Origin: the human T2T-CHM13v2.0 reference genome, Homo sapiens
Assembly (NCBI RefSeq): GCF_009914755.1
Contig: NC_060927.1
Direction: 5' to 3' (one strand)
DNA: 64,000 nucleotides
Positions 51,101-64,000 of the stretch are shown in pieces. Positions within the stretch are counted from its first letter, which is position 1. Each line of letters begins with the position of its first letter. Both the position numbers and the translations under genes were made by a program. The notes beneath the pieces were generated by a model. It was not told where the DNA came from. It was given only the letters and a program-made list of their open reading frames with translations, and ran no database searches.

Positions 51101-54100
51101 TCTGTGAGTTGAATACACACACACAAAGAAGCTACTGAGAATTCTTTTGTCAAGAATTATAAGAAGAAATCCCGTTTCCAACGAAGGCCTCAAAGAGTTC
51201 CAAATATCCACTTGCACACTGTACAAACTAAGTCTTTCCAAACTGCTCTATGCAAAGAAATGTTCAACCCTGTGAGTTTAATGCACACATCACAAAGCAG
51301 TTTCTGAGAATGATTCCCTCTAGTTTTTATACGAAGATAGCCTTTTCTACCATTGGCCTCAAGGCTCTTGGAATCTCCACCTGAAAATTCCGCAAAAAGC
51401 GTGTTTCCAATGCGCTCTGTCTAAAGGAAGGTTCAACCCTCTGAGTTGAATACATACATCCCAAAAGAAGTTACTGCGAATTCTTCTGTCTAGCATTATG
51501 TGAAGAAATCCCGTTTCCAACGAAAGCCTCAAAGAGGTCCTAATATCCAGTTGCAGAATTTACCAACTGACTGTTTCCAAACTCATCTATGAAAAGAAAG
51601 GTTAAACCCTGTGAGTTGAACGCACATATCACAAAGTAGTTCCTGAGAATGATTCTGTCTAGTTTTTATACGAAGATATTTCCTTTTCCACCAATGGCCT
51701 CAAAGTGCTTGAAATCTCCCCTTGCAAATTCCACAGAAAAGTGTTTCAAATCTGCACTGTCTGAAGGAAGGTTCAACCCTGTGAGTTGAATACACACACA
51801 CAGAAAAAAATTCACTGAGAATTCTATTGTCTATCATTACACGAAGAAATCCCGTTTACTACGAAGGCCTCAAAGAGGTCCAAATATCCAGCTGCAGACA
51901 TTACAAACTCAGTGTTTCCAAAGTGCTCTATGAAAAGAAGTGTTAAACACTGTGAGTTCAATGCACACATCCCAAAGCAGTTTCTGAGAATGATTCCGTC
52001 TATTTTTTCTACGAAGATATTTCCTTTTCTACCGTTGGCCTCAAAGCGCTTGAAATCTCCACTTGCAAATTCCACGAAAAGAGAGTTTCAAATCTGCTCT
52101 GTCTAAAGGAAGGTTCAACTCTGTGAGTTGAATACACACCACAAAAAGAAGTTACTGAGAATTCTTCCGTCTAGCATTATATGAAAAATCCCGTTTCCAA
52201 CGAAGGCCACAAAGAGGTCCAAATATCCACTTGCCGATTCTGCAAAAAGAGTGTTTCCAAACTGCTCTATGAAAAGAAACGTTAAACTCTGTGAGTTGAA
52301 CGCAAACATCACAAAGTAGTTTCTGAGAATGACTCCGTCTAGTTTTTATACGAAGATATTTCCTTTTCTACCGTTGGCCTCAAAGCGCTTGAAGTCTCCC
52401 CCTGAAAATTCCACAAAAAGAGTTTCCAATCTGCTCCGCCTAAAGGAAGCTCCAACTCTGTGAGTTGAATACCCACAACCCAAAGAAGTTACTGAGAATT
52501 CTTCTGTCTAGCATTACATGAAGAAATCCCGTTTCCAACGAAGGCCTCAAATACATCCAGATATCCAGTTGCTGACTTTACAAACTGAGTGTTTCCAAAC
52601 TGCTCTATGAAAGGAAAGGTTAAACACTGTGAGTTGAACACACACGTACCAAAGTAGTTTCTGAGAATGATTCTGTCTCGTTTGCATACGAACATATTTC
52701 CTTTTCTACCATTGGCCTCAAAGCTTTGAAATCTCCACTTGCAAATTCCACAAAATGAGAGTTTCAAATCTGCTGTTTCTAAAGGAAAGTTCAACTCTGA
52801 GAGTTGAATACACACCAGAAAAAGCAGTTACTGAGAAGTCTTCTGTCTAGCATTATATGAAGAAATCCCATTTCCAACGAAGACTTCAAAGAGGTCCAAA
52901 TATCCACTTGCAGATTCTGCAAAAAGAGTGTTTCGAAACAACTGTATGAAAAGAAAGATTAAACACTGTGAGTTGAAGGCACACATTGCAAAGCAGTTTC
53001 TCAGAATGATTCCGTCTAATTATTATACGAAGGTATTTCCTTTTCTATCATGGGCCTCAAAGCGCTTGATACCTCCACCTGAAAATTCCACAAAAAGAGT
53101 GTTTCCAATCTACTCTGTCTAAAGGAACGTTCAACTCTGTGAGTTGAATACACACACACAGAAAGAATTCACTGAGAGTTCTTCTGTCTGGCATTACATG
53201 AAGAAATCCCGTTTCCAACGAAGGCCTCAAAGAGGTCCAAATATCCACTTGCAGATTCTGCAAAAAGAGTGTTTCAAAACCGCTCCATGAAAAGGAATGT
53301 TGAACTCTGTGAGTTGAATGCAAACATCACAACTCAGTTTCTGAGAATGCTTCTGACTAGATTTAATGGTCAGATATTTCCTTTTCTACCGTAGGCTTCA
53401 ATGCCCTCTAAATACACCCTTGCAAATTCTACAAAGAGATTGTTTAATAACTGCTCTATAGGAAGAAAGGTTGAACTCTGTGAGTTGAATGCAGAGATCA
53501 CAACGTGGTTTCGGCGAATGATTCTTCATAGTTTTTACATGAAGATATTTCGTTGTCTACCGTAGGCTTCAAAGCACTCAAAGTATTCACTTGGAACTTT
53601 TACAACAAGAGTGTTAGAAAACTGCTCTTTCCAAAGTAAGGTTCAACTCTGTGAGTTGAATGCACACATAACAAACAAGAAGTTTCTGAGAATTCTTCTG
53701 TCCTGGTTTATATGAAAAAATCCCGTTTCCAACGAAGGCCTCAAAGACGTTTAAATATCCACTTGCAGACTTCACAAACAGAGTGTTTCCAAACTGCTCT
53801 ATGAAAAGAAAGGTTAAACTCTGTGAGTTGAACGCACACATCACAAAGTAGTTTCTGAGAATGATACTGTCCAGTTTTTATACGAAGATATTTCCTTTCC
53901 TACCATTGGCGTCAAAGCGCTAGAATTCTCCACTTGCACATTCCACAAAAAGAGGGTTTCCAATCTGGTCTGCCTAAAGGCAGGTTCAACTCTGTGAGTT
54001 GAATACACACACACAAAGAAGCTACTGAGAATTCTTTTGTCAAGAATTATAAGAAGAAATCCCGTTTCCAACGAAGGCCTCAAAGAGTTCCAAATATCCA

Positions 54101-57100
54101 CTTGCACACTGTACAAACTAAGTCTTTCCAAACTGCTCTATGCAAAGAAATGTTCAACCCTGTGAGTTTAATGCACACATCACGAAGCAGTTTCTGAGAA
54201 TGATACCCTCTAGTTTTTATACGAAGTTAGCCTTTTCTACCATTGGCCTCAAGGCTCTTGGAATCTCCACCTGAAAATTCCGCAAAAAGCGTGTTTCCAA
54301 TGCGCTCTGTCTAAAGGAAGGTTCAACTCTCTGAGTTGAATACATACATCCCAAAAGAAGTTACTGCGAATTCTTCTGTCTAGCGTTATGTGAAGAAATC
54401 CCGTTTCCAACGAAAGCCTCAAAGAGGTCCAAATATCCAGTTGCAGAATTTACAAACTGACTGTTTCCAAACTCATCTATGAAAAGAAAGGTTAAACCCT
54501 GTGAGTTGAATGCACATATCACAAAGTAGTTCCTGAGAATGATTCTGTCTAGTTTTTATACGAAGATATTTCCTTTTCCACCAATGGCCTCAAAGTGCTG
54601 GAAATCTCCCCTTGCAAATTCCACAGAAAAGTGTTTCAAATCTGCACTGTCTGATGGAAGGTTCAACCCTGTGAGTTGAATACACACACACAGAAAAAAA
54701 TTCACTGAGAATTCTATTGTCTATCATTACACGAAGAAATCCCGTTTACTACGAAGGCCTCAAAGAGGTCCAAATATCCAGCTGCAGACATTACAAACTG
54801 AGTGTTTCCAAAGTGCTCTATGAAAAGAAGTGTTAAACACTGTGTGTTCAATGCACACATCCCAAAGCAGTTTCTGAGAATGATTCCGTCTATTTTTTCT
54901 ACGAAGATATTTCCTTTTCTACCGTTGGCCTCAAAGCGCTTGAAATCTCCACTTGCAAATTCCACGAAAAGAGAGTTTCAAATCTGCTCTGTCTAAAGGA
55001 AGGTTCAACTCTGTGAGTTGAATACACACCACAAAAAGAAGTTACTGAGAATTCTTCTGTCTAGCATTATATGAAAAATCCCGTTTCCAACGAAGGCCAC
55101 AAAGAGGTCCAAATATCCACTTGCAGATTCTGCAAAAAGAGTGTCTCCAAACTGCTCTATGAAAAGAAACGTTAAACTCTGTGAGTTGAACACAAACATC
55201 ACAAAGTAGTTTCTGAGAATGACTCCGTCTAGTTTTTATACGAAGATATTTCCTTTTCTACCGTTGGCCTCAAAGCGCTTGAAGTCTCCCCCTGAAAATT
55301 CCACAAAAAGTGTTTCCAATCTGCTCCGCCTAAAGGAAGCTTCAACTCTGTGAGTTGAATACCCACAACCCAAAGAAGTTACTGAGAATTCTTCTGTCTA
55401 GCATTATATGAAGAAATCCCGTTTCCAACGAAGGCCTCAAATACATCCAGATATCCAGTTGCTGACTTTACAAACTGAGTGTTTCCAAACTGCTCTATGA
55501 AAGGAAAGGTTAAACACTGTGAGTTGAACACACACGTACCAAAGTAGTTTCTGAGAACGATTCTGTCTGGTTTGCATACGAAGATATTTCCTTTTCTATC
55601 ATTGGCCTCAAAGCTTTGAAATCTCCAATTGCAAATTCCACAAAAAGAGAGTTTCAAATCTGCTGTTTCTAAAGGAAAGTTCAACTCTGGGAGTTGAATA
55701 CACACCAGAAAAAGCAGTTACTGAGAAGTCTTCTGTCTAGCATTATATGAAGAAATCCCATTTCCAACGAAGACTTCAAAGAGGTCCAAATATCCACTTG
55801 CAGATTCTGCAAAAAGAGTGTTTCGAAACAACTGTATGAAAAGAAAGGTTAAACGCTGTGAGTTGAAGGCACACATTGCAAAGCAGTTTCTGAGAATGAT
55901 TCCGTGTAATTATTATACGAAGGTATTTCCTTTTCTATCATGGGCCTCAAAGTGCTTGATACCTCCACCTGAAAATTCCACAAAAAGAGTGTTTCCAATC
56001 TACTCTGTCTAAAGGAACGTTCAACTCTGTGAGTTGAATACACACATACAGAAAGAATTCACTGAGAGTTCTTCTGTCTGGCATTACATGAGGAAATCCC
56101 GTTTCCAACGAAGGCCTCAAAGAGGTCCAAATATTCACTTGCAGATTCTGCAAAAAGAGTGTTTCAAAACCGCTCCATGAAAAGGAATGTTGAACTCTGT
56201 GAGTTGAATGCAAACATCACAACTCAGTTTCTGAGAATGCTTCTGACTAGATTTTATGGTCAGATATTTCCTTTTCTACCGTAGGCTTCAATGCCCTCTA
56301 AATACACCCTTGCAAATTCTACAAAGAGACTGTTTAACAACTGCTCTATAGGAAGAAAGGTTGAACTCTGTGAGTTGAATGCAGAGATCACAACGTGGTT
56401 TCGGCGAAAGATTCTTCGTAGTTTTTACATGAAGATATTTCGTTGTCTACCGTAGGCTTCAAAGCACTCAAAGTATTCACTTGGAACTTTTACAAAAAGA
56501 GTGTTAGAAAACTGCTCTTTCCAAAGTAAGGTTCAACTCTGTGAGTTGAATGCACACATAACAAACAAGAAGTTTCTGAGAATTCTTCTGTCTTGGTTTA
56601 TATGAAAAAATCCCGTTTCCAACGAAGGCCTCAAAGACGTTTAAATATCCACTTGCAGTCTTCACAAACAGAGTGTTTCCAAACTGCTCTATGAAAAGAA
56701 AGGCTAAACTCTGTGAGTTGAACGCACACATCACAAAGTAGTTTCTGAGAATGATTGTGTCCAGTTTTTATACGAAGATATTTCCTTTCCTACCATTGGC
56801 GTCAAAGCGCTAGAATTCTCCACTTGCAAATTCCACAAAAAGAGTGTTTCCAATCTGCTCTGCCTAAAGGAAGGTTCAACTCTGTGAGTTGAATACACAC
56901 ACACAAAGAAGCTACTGAGAATTCTTTTGTCAAGAATTATAAGAAGAAATCCCTTTTCCAGCGAAGGCTTCAAAGAGTTCCAAATATCCACTTGCACACT
57001 GTACAAACTAAGTCTTTCCAAACTGCTCTATGCAAAGAAATGTTCAACTCTGTGAGTTTAATGCACACATCACAAAGCAGTTTCTGAGAATGATTCCCTC

Positions 57101-60100
57101 TAGTTTTTATACGAAGATAGCCTTTTCTACCATTGGCCTCAAGGCTCTTGGAATCTCCACCTGAAAATTCCGCAAAAAGCGTGTTTCCCATGCGCTCTGT
57201 CTAAAGGAAGGTTCAACTCTCTGAGTTGAATACATACATCTCAAAAGAAGTTACTGCGAATTCTTCTGTCTAGCATTATGTGAAGAAATCCCGTTTCCAA
57301 CGAAAGCCTCCAAGAGGTCCAAATATCCAGTTGCAGAATTGCCAAACTGACTGTTTCCAAACTCATCTATGAAAAGAAAGGTTAAACCCTGTGATTTGAA
57401 TGCACATATCACAAAGTAGTTCCTGAGAATGATTCTGTCTAGTTTTTATACGAAGATATTTCCTTTTCCACCAATGGCCTCAAAGTGCTTGAAATCTCCC
57501 CTTGCAAATTCCACAGAAAAGTGTTTCAAATCTGCACTGTCTGAAGGAAGGTTCAACCCTGTGAGTTGAATACACACACACAGAAAAAAATTCACTGAGA
57601 ATTCTATTGTCTATCATTACACGAAGAAATCCCGTTTACTACGAAGGCCTCAAAGAGGTCCAAATATCCAGCTGCAGACATTACAAACTCAGTGTTTCCA
57701 AAGTGCTCTATGAAAAGAAGTGTTAAACACTGTGAGTTCAATGCACACATCCCAAAGCAGTTTCCGAGAATGATTCCGTCTATTTTTTCTACGAAGATAT
57801 TTCCTTTTCTACCGTTGGCCTCAAAGCGCTTGAAATCTCCACTTGCAAATTCCACGAAAAGAGAGTTTCAAATCTGCTCTGTCTAAAGGAAGGTTCAACT
57901 CTGTGAGTTGAATACACACCACAAAAAGAAGTTACTGAGAATTCTTCTGTCTAGCATTATATGAAAAATCCCGTTTCCAACGAAGGCCACAAAGAGGTCC
58001 AAATATCCACTTGCCGATTCTGCAAAAAGAGTGTTTCCAAACTGCTCTATGAAAAGAAACGTTAAACTCTGTGAGTTGAACGCAAACATCACAAAGTAGT
58101 TTCTGAGAATGACTCCGTCTAGTTTTTATACGAAGATATTTCCTTTTCTACCGTTGGCCTCAAAGCGCTTGAAGTCTCCCCCTGAAAATTCCACAAAAAG
58201 TGTTTCCAATCTGCTCCGCCTAAAGGAAGCTTCAGCTCTGTGAGTTGAATACCCACAACCCAAAGAAGTTACTGAGAATTCTTCTGTCTAGCACTACATG
58301 AAGAAATCCCGTTTCCAACGAAGGCCTCAAATACATCCAGATATCCAGTTGCTGACTTTACAAACTGAGTGTTTCCAAACTGCTCTATGAAAGGAAAGGT
58401 TAAACACTGTGAGTTGAACACACACGTACCAAAGTAGTTTCTGAGAATGATTCTGTCTAGTTTGCATACGAAGATATTTCCTTTTCTACCATTGGCCTCA
58501 AAGCTTTGAAATCTGCACTTGCAAATTCCACAAAAAGAGAGTTTCAAATCTGCTGTTTCTAAAGGAAAGTTCAACTCTGAGAGTTGAATACACACCAGAA
58601 AAAGCAGTTACTGAGAAGTCTTCTGTCTAGCATTATATGAAGAAATCCCATTTCCAAAGAAGGCTTCAAAGAGGTCCAAATATCCACTTGCAGATTCTGC
58701 AAAAAGAGTGTTTCGAAACAACTGTATGAAAAGAAAGGTTAAACGCTGTGAGTTGAAGGCACACATTGCAAAGCAGTTTCTGAGAATGATTCCGTCTAAT
58801 TATTATACGAAGGTATTTCCTTTTCTATCATGGGCCTCAAAGCGCTTGATACCTCCACCTGAAAATTCCACAAAAAGAGTGTTTCCAATCTACTCTGTCT
58901 AAAGGAACGTTCAACTCTGTGAGTTGAATACACACACACAGAAAGAATTCACTGAGAGTTCTTCTGTCTGGCATTACATGAAGAAATCCCGTTTCCAACG
59001 AAGGCCTCAAAGAGGTCCAAATATCCACTTGCAGATTCTGCAAAAAGAGTGTTTCAAAACCGCTCCATGAAAAGGAATGTTGAACTCTGTGAGTTGAATG
59101 CAAACATCACAACTCAGTTTCTGAGAATGCTTCTGACTAGATTTTATGGTCAGATATTTCCTTTTCTACCGTAGGCTTCAATGCCCTCGAAATACACCCT
59201 TGCAAATTCTACAAAGAGACTGTTTAATAACTGCTCTATAGGAAGAAAGGTTGAACTCTGTGAGTTGAATGCAGAGATCACAACGTGGTTTCGGCGAATG
59301 ATTCTTCGTAGTTTTTACATGAAGATATTTCGTTGTCTACCGTAGGCTTCAAAGCACTCAAAGTATTCACTTGGAACTTTTACAAAAAGAGTGTTAGAAA
59401 ACTGCTCTTTCCAAAGTAAGGTTCAACTCTGTGAGTTGAATGCACACATAACAAACAAGAAGTTTCTGAGAATTCTTCTGTCCTGGTTTATATGAAAAAA
59501 TCCCGTTTCCAACGAAGGCCTCAAAGGCGTTTAAATATCCACTTGCAGACTTCACAAACAGAGTGTTTCCAAACTGCTCTATGAAAACAAAGGTTAAACT
59601 CTGTGAGTTGAATGCACACATCACAAAGTAGTTTCTGAGAATGATACTGTCCAGTTTTTATACGCAGATATTTCCTTTCCTACCATTGGCGTCAAAGCGC
59701 TAGAATTCTCCACTTGCAAATTCCACGAAAAGAGGGTTTCCAATCTGCTCTGCCTAAAGGCAGGTTCAACTCTGTGAGTTGAATACACACACACAAAGAA
59801 GCTACTGAGAATTCTTTTGTCAAGAATTATAAGAAGAAATCCCGTTTCCAACGAAGGCCTCAAAGAGTTCCAAATATCCACTTGCACACTGTACAAACTA
59901 AGTCTTTCCAAACTGCTCTATGCAAAGAAATGTTCAACCCTGTGAGTTTAATGCACACATCACAAAGCAGTTTCTGAGAATGATTCCCTCTAGTTTTTAT
60001 ACGAAGATAGCCTTTTCTACCATTGGCCTCAAGGCTCTTGGAATCTCCACCTGAAAATTCCGCAAAAAGCGTGTTTCCAATGCGCTCTGTCTAAAGGAAG

Positions 60101-63100
60101 GTTCAACTCTCTGAGTTGAATACATACATCCCAAAAGAAGTTACTGAGAATTCTTCTGTCTAGCATTATGTGAAGAAATCCCGTTTCCAACGAAAGCCTC
60201 AAAGAGGTCCAAATATCCAGTTGCAGAATTTACAAACTGACTGTTTCCAAACTCATCTATGACAAGAAAGGTTAAACCCTGTGAGTTGAATGCACATATC
60301 TCAAAGTAGTTCTTGAGAATGATTCTGTCTAGTTTTTATACGAAGATATTTCCTTTTCCACCAATGGCCTCAAAGTGCTTGAAATCTCCCCTTGCAAATT
60401 CCACAGAAAAGTGTTTCAAATCTGCACTGTCTGAAGGAAGGTTCAACCCTGTGAGTTGAATACACACACACAGAAAAAAATTCACTGAGATTTCTATTGT
60501 CTATCATTACACGAAGAAATCCCGTTTACTACGAAGGCCTCAAAGAGGTCCAAATATCCAGCTGCAGACATTACAAACTCAGTGTTTCCAAAGTGCTCTA
60601 TGAAAAGAAGTGTTAAACACTGTGAGTTCAATGCACACATCCCAAAGCAGTTTCTGAGAATGATTCCGTCTATTTTTCTACGAAGATATTTCCTTTTCTA
60701 CCGTTGGCCTCAAAGCGCTTGAAATCTCCACTTGCAAATTCCACGAAAAGAGAGTTTCAAATCTGCTCTGTCTAAAGGAAGGTTCAACTCTGTGAGTTGA
60801 ATACACACCACAAAAAGAAGTTACTGAGAATTCTTCTGTCTAGCATTATATGAAAAATCCCGTTTCCAACGAAGGCCACAAAGAGGTCCAAATATCCACT
60901 TGCCGATTCTGCAAAAAGAGTGTTTCCAAACTGCTCTATGAAAAGAAACGTTAAACTCTGTGAGTTGAACGCAAACATCACAAAGTAGTTTCTGAGAATG
61001 ACTCCGTCTAGTTTTTATACGAAGATATTTCCTTTTCTACCGTTGGCCTCAAAGCGCTTGAAGTCTCCCCCTGAAAATTCCACAAAAAGTGTTTCCAATC
61101 TGCTCCGCCTAAAGGAAGCTTCAGCTCTGTGAGTTGAATACCCACAACCCAAAGAAGTTACTGAGAATTCTTCTGTCTAGCATTACATGAAGAAATCCCG
61201 TTTCCAACGAAGGCCTCAAATACATCCAGATATCCAGTTGCTGACTTTACAAACTGGGTGTTTCCAAACTGCTCTATGAAAGGAAAGGTTAAACACTGTG
61301 AGTTGAACACACACGTACCAAAGTAGTTTCTGAGAATGATTCTGTCTAGTTTGCATACGAAGATATTTCCTTTTCTACCATTGGCCTCAAAGTTTTGAAA
61401 TCTCCACTTGCAAATTCCACAAAAAGAGAGTTTCAAATCTGCTGTTTCTAAAGGAAAGTTCAACTCTGAGAGTTGAATACACACCAGAAAAAGCAGTTAC
61501 TGAGAAGTCTTCTGTCTAGCATTATATGAAGAAATCCCGTTTCCAACGAAGACTTCAAAGAGGTCCAAATATCCACTTGCAGATTCTGCAAAAAGAGTGT
61601 TTCGAAACAACTGTATGAAAAGAAAGGTTAAACGCTGTGAGTTGAAGGCACACATTGCAAAGCAGTTTCTGAGAATGATTCCGTCTAATTATTATGCGAA
61701 GGTATTTCCTTTTCTATCATGGGCCTCAAAGCGCTTGATACCTCCACCTGAAAATTCCACAAAAAGAGTGTTTCCAATCTACTCTGTCTAAAGGAACGTT
61801 CAACTCTGTGAGTTGAATACACACACACAGAAAGAATTCACTGAGAGTTCTTCTGTCTGGCATTACCTGAAGAAATCCCGTTTCCAACGAAGGTCTCAAA
61901 GAGGTCCAAATATCCACTTGCAGATTCTGCAAAAAGAGTGTTTCAAAACCGCTCCATTAAAAGGAATGTTGAACTCTGTGAGTTGAATGCAAACATCACA
62001 ACTCAGTTTCTGAGAATGCTTCTGACTAGATTTTATGGTCAGATATTTCCTTTTCTACCGTAGGCTTCAATGCCCTCGAAATACACCCTTGCAAATTCTA
62101 CAAAGAGACTGTTTAATAACTGCTCTATAGGAAGAAAGGTTGAACTCTGTGAGTTGAATGCAGAGATCACAACGTGGTTTCGGCGAATGATTCTTCGTAG
62201 TTTTTACATGAAGATATTTCGTTGTCTACCGTAGGCTTCAAAGCACTCAAAGTATTCACTTGGAACTTTTACAAAAAGAGTGTTAGAAAACTGCTCTTTC
62301 AAAGTAAGGTTCAACTCTGTGAGTTGAATGCACACATAACAAACAAGAAGTTTCTGAGAATTCTTCTGTCCTGGTTTATATGAAAAAATCCCGTTTCCAA
62401 CGAAGGCCTCAAAGACGTTTAAATATCCACTTGCAGACTTCACAAACAGAGTGTTTCCAAACTGCTCTATGAAAAGAAAGGTTAAACTCTGTGAGTTGAA
62501 TGCACACATCACAAAGTAGTTTCTGAGAATGATACTGTCTAGTTTTTATACGAAGAGATTTCCTTTCCTACCATTGGCGTCAAAGCGCTAGAATTCTCCA
62601 CTTGCAAATTCCACAAAAAGAGGGTTTCCAATCTGCTCTGCCTAAAGGCAGGTTCAACTCTGTGAGTTGAATACACACACACAAGGAAGCTACTGAGAAT
62701 TCTTTTGTCAAGAATTATAAGAAGAAATCCCGTTTCCAACGAAGGCCTCAAAGAGTTCCAAATATCCACTTGCACACTGTACAAACTAAGTCTTTCCAAA
62801 CTGCTCTATGCAAAGAAATGTTCAACCCTGTGAGTTTAATGCACACATCACAAAGCAGTTTCTGAGAATGATTCCCTCTAGTTTTTATACGAAGATAGCC
62901 TTTTCTACCATTGGCCTCAAGGCTCTTGGAATCTCCACCTGAAAATTCCGCAAAAAGCGTGTTTCCAATGCGCTCTGTCTAAAGGAAGGTTCAACTCTCT
63001 GAGTTGAATACATACATCCCAAAAGAAGTTACTGAGAATTCTTCTGTCTAGCATTATGTGAAGAAATCCCGTTTCCAACGAAAGCCTCAAAGAGGTCCTA

Positions 63101-63908
63101 ATATCCAGTTGCAGAATTTACAAACTGACTGTTTCCAAACTCATCTATGAAAAGAAAGGTTAAACCCTGTGAGTTGAACGAACATATCACAAAGTAGTTC
63201 CTGAGAATGATTCTGTCTAGTTTTTATACGAAGATATTTCCTTTTCCACCAATGGCCTCAAAGTGCTTGAAATCTCCCCTTGCAAATTCCACAGAAAAGT
63301 GTTTCAAATCTGCACTGTCTGAAGGAAGGTTCAACCCTGTGAGTTGAACACACACACACAGAAAAAAATTCACTGAGAATTCTATTGTCTATCATTACAC
63401 GAAGAAATCCCGTTTACTACGAAGGCCTCAAAGAGGTCCAAATATCCAGCTGCAGACATTACAAACTGAGTGTTTCCAAAGTGCTCTATGAAAAGAAGTG
63501 TTAAACACTGTGAGTTCAATGCACACATCCCAAAGCAGTTTCTGAGAATGATTCCGTCTATTTTTTCTACGAAGATATTTCCTTTTCTACCGTTGGCCTC
63601 AAAGCGCTTGAAATCTCCACTTGCAAATTCCACGAAAAGAGAGTTTCAAATCTGCTCTGTCTAAAGGAAGGTTCAACTCTGTGAGTTGAATACACACCAC
63701 AAAAAGAAGTTACTGAGAATTCTTCTGTCTAGCATTATATGAAAAATCCCGTTTCCAACGAAGGCCACAAAGAGGTCCAAATATCCACTTGCAGATTCTG
63801 CAAAAAGAGTGTTTCCGAACTGCTCTATGAAAAGAAACGTTAAACTCTGTGAGTTGAACGCAAACATCACAAAGTAGTTTCTGAGAATGACTCCGTCTAG
63901 TTTTTATA
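6119..63908 (-). repeat. HOR copies 3-22, canonical 17-mers; starts at 6119, 9008, 11897, 14785, 17674, 20564, 23454, 26344, 29233, 32123, 35012, 37902, 40792, 43682, 46572, 49461, 52351, 55241, 58131, 61020
   Basis: Each start follows ACTCCGTCTAGTTTTTATA and precedes GAAGTCTCCCCCTGAAA. Lengths are 2888-2890 bp, differing by 1-2 bp indels. Confidence 0.95.
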
Positions 63909-64000
63909 CGAAGATATTTCCTTTTCTACCGTTGGCCTCAAAGCGCTTGAAGTCTCCCCCTGAAAATTCCACAAAAAGTGTTTCCAATCTGCTCCGCCTA
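63909..64000 (-). repeat. Start of HOR copy 23 (truncated by window edge)
   Basis: CGAAGATATTTCCTTTTCTACCGTTGGCCTCAAAGCGCTTGAAGTCTCCCCCTG at 63909. Confidence 0.95.

Larger units (their letters stand above)
1..64000 (-). repeat. Centromeric alpha-satellite HOR array, dimeric (SF1-like) 17-mer, ~2.89 kb period; most likely human chr3 D3Z1
   Basis: The alphoid motifs AACTCTGTGAGTTGAA, TTCTGAGAAT and TCCACTTGCA recur every ~170 bp. CENP-B boxes occur on alternate monomers. Equivalent spurious ORFs recur at 139, 3028, 6256, 9145, 12035 ... 61158, a period of 2889-2890 bp = 17 x 170. Alpha-satellite identity is essentially certain; the chr3 assignment is inference (~0.8). Confidence 0.98.

Noticed and set aside
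14341-62300. Isolated 1-2 bp indels (~14345, ~15195, ~17330, ~27553, ~32213, ~47940, ~60675, ~62300)
   Set aside because: They are singletons, mostly in homopolymer or short-repeat contexts, consistent with ordinary slippage or consensus error, with no evident pattern.
139-63870. ORFs of 62-129 aa on both strands, e.g. MCIQLSELNFPLETADLK and MFPKCSMKRSVKH
   Set aside because: They are translations of alphoid monomers recurring at the HOR period, overlap in several frames, are freely broken by indels and stops, and have no recognisable domains.
1-64000. CRISPR-like or other prokaryotic repeat-spacer system suggested by regularly spaced conserved motifs
   Set aside because: The intervening sequences are themselves homologous monomers rather than unique spacers, and there are no cas genes or leader. 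The sequence is typical primate alpha satellite.
1-64000. Mobile element insertion (L1/Alu) or inversion in the array
   Set aside because: The HOR period is fully accounted for (2888-2890 bp, with one 3229 bp copy). I saw no poly-A tails or target-site duplications, and all CENP-B boxes keep the same orientation.

Overview
The whole 64 kb is one uninterrupted, head-to-tail primate centromeric alpha-satellite array. It is built from ~171-bp monomers with an underlying ~340-bp A/B dimer, organised as a 17-monomer higher-order repeat (HOR) of 2888-2890 bp. There are 22 complete HOR copies plus the start of a 23rd. CENP-B boxes read TCCCGTTTCCAACGAAG on the + strand, so the array is reversed relative to the conventional CTTCGTTGGAAACGGGA orientation. 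A dimeric 17-mer of ~2.9 kb best fits the human chromosome 3 active array D3Z1 (S01/1C3H1L); this is an inference from HOR size and structure, not from a database match. I saw no genes, RNA genes, transposon insertions or inversions, and all listed ORFs are artefacts recurring with the HOR period. I do not see a new protein-based biological system. What is informative is the array's evolutionary record: one 19-mer structural variant with a breakpoint mappable to 5 bp, a haplotype transition near 4.1-5.8 kb, repeated near-identical HOR doublets, long-range sharing of rare variants, a CENP-B box that is dead in most copies but intact in four, a hidden tetramer inside the 17-mer, and one unusually diverged copy. 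All comparisons were made by eye.
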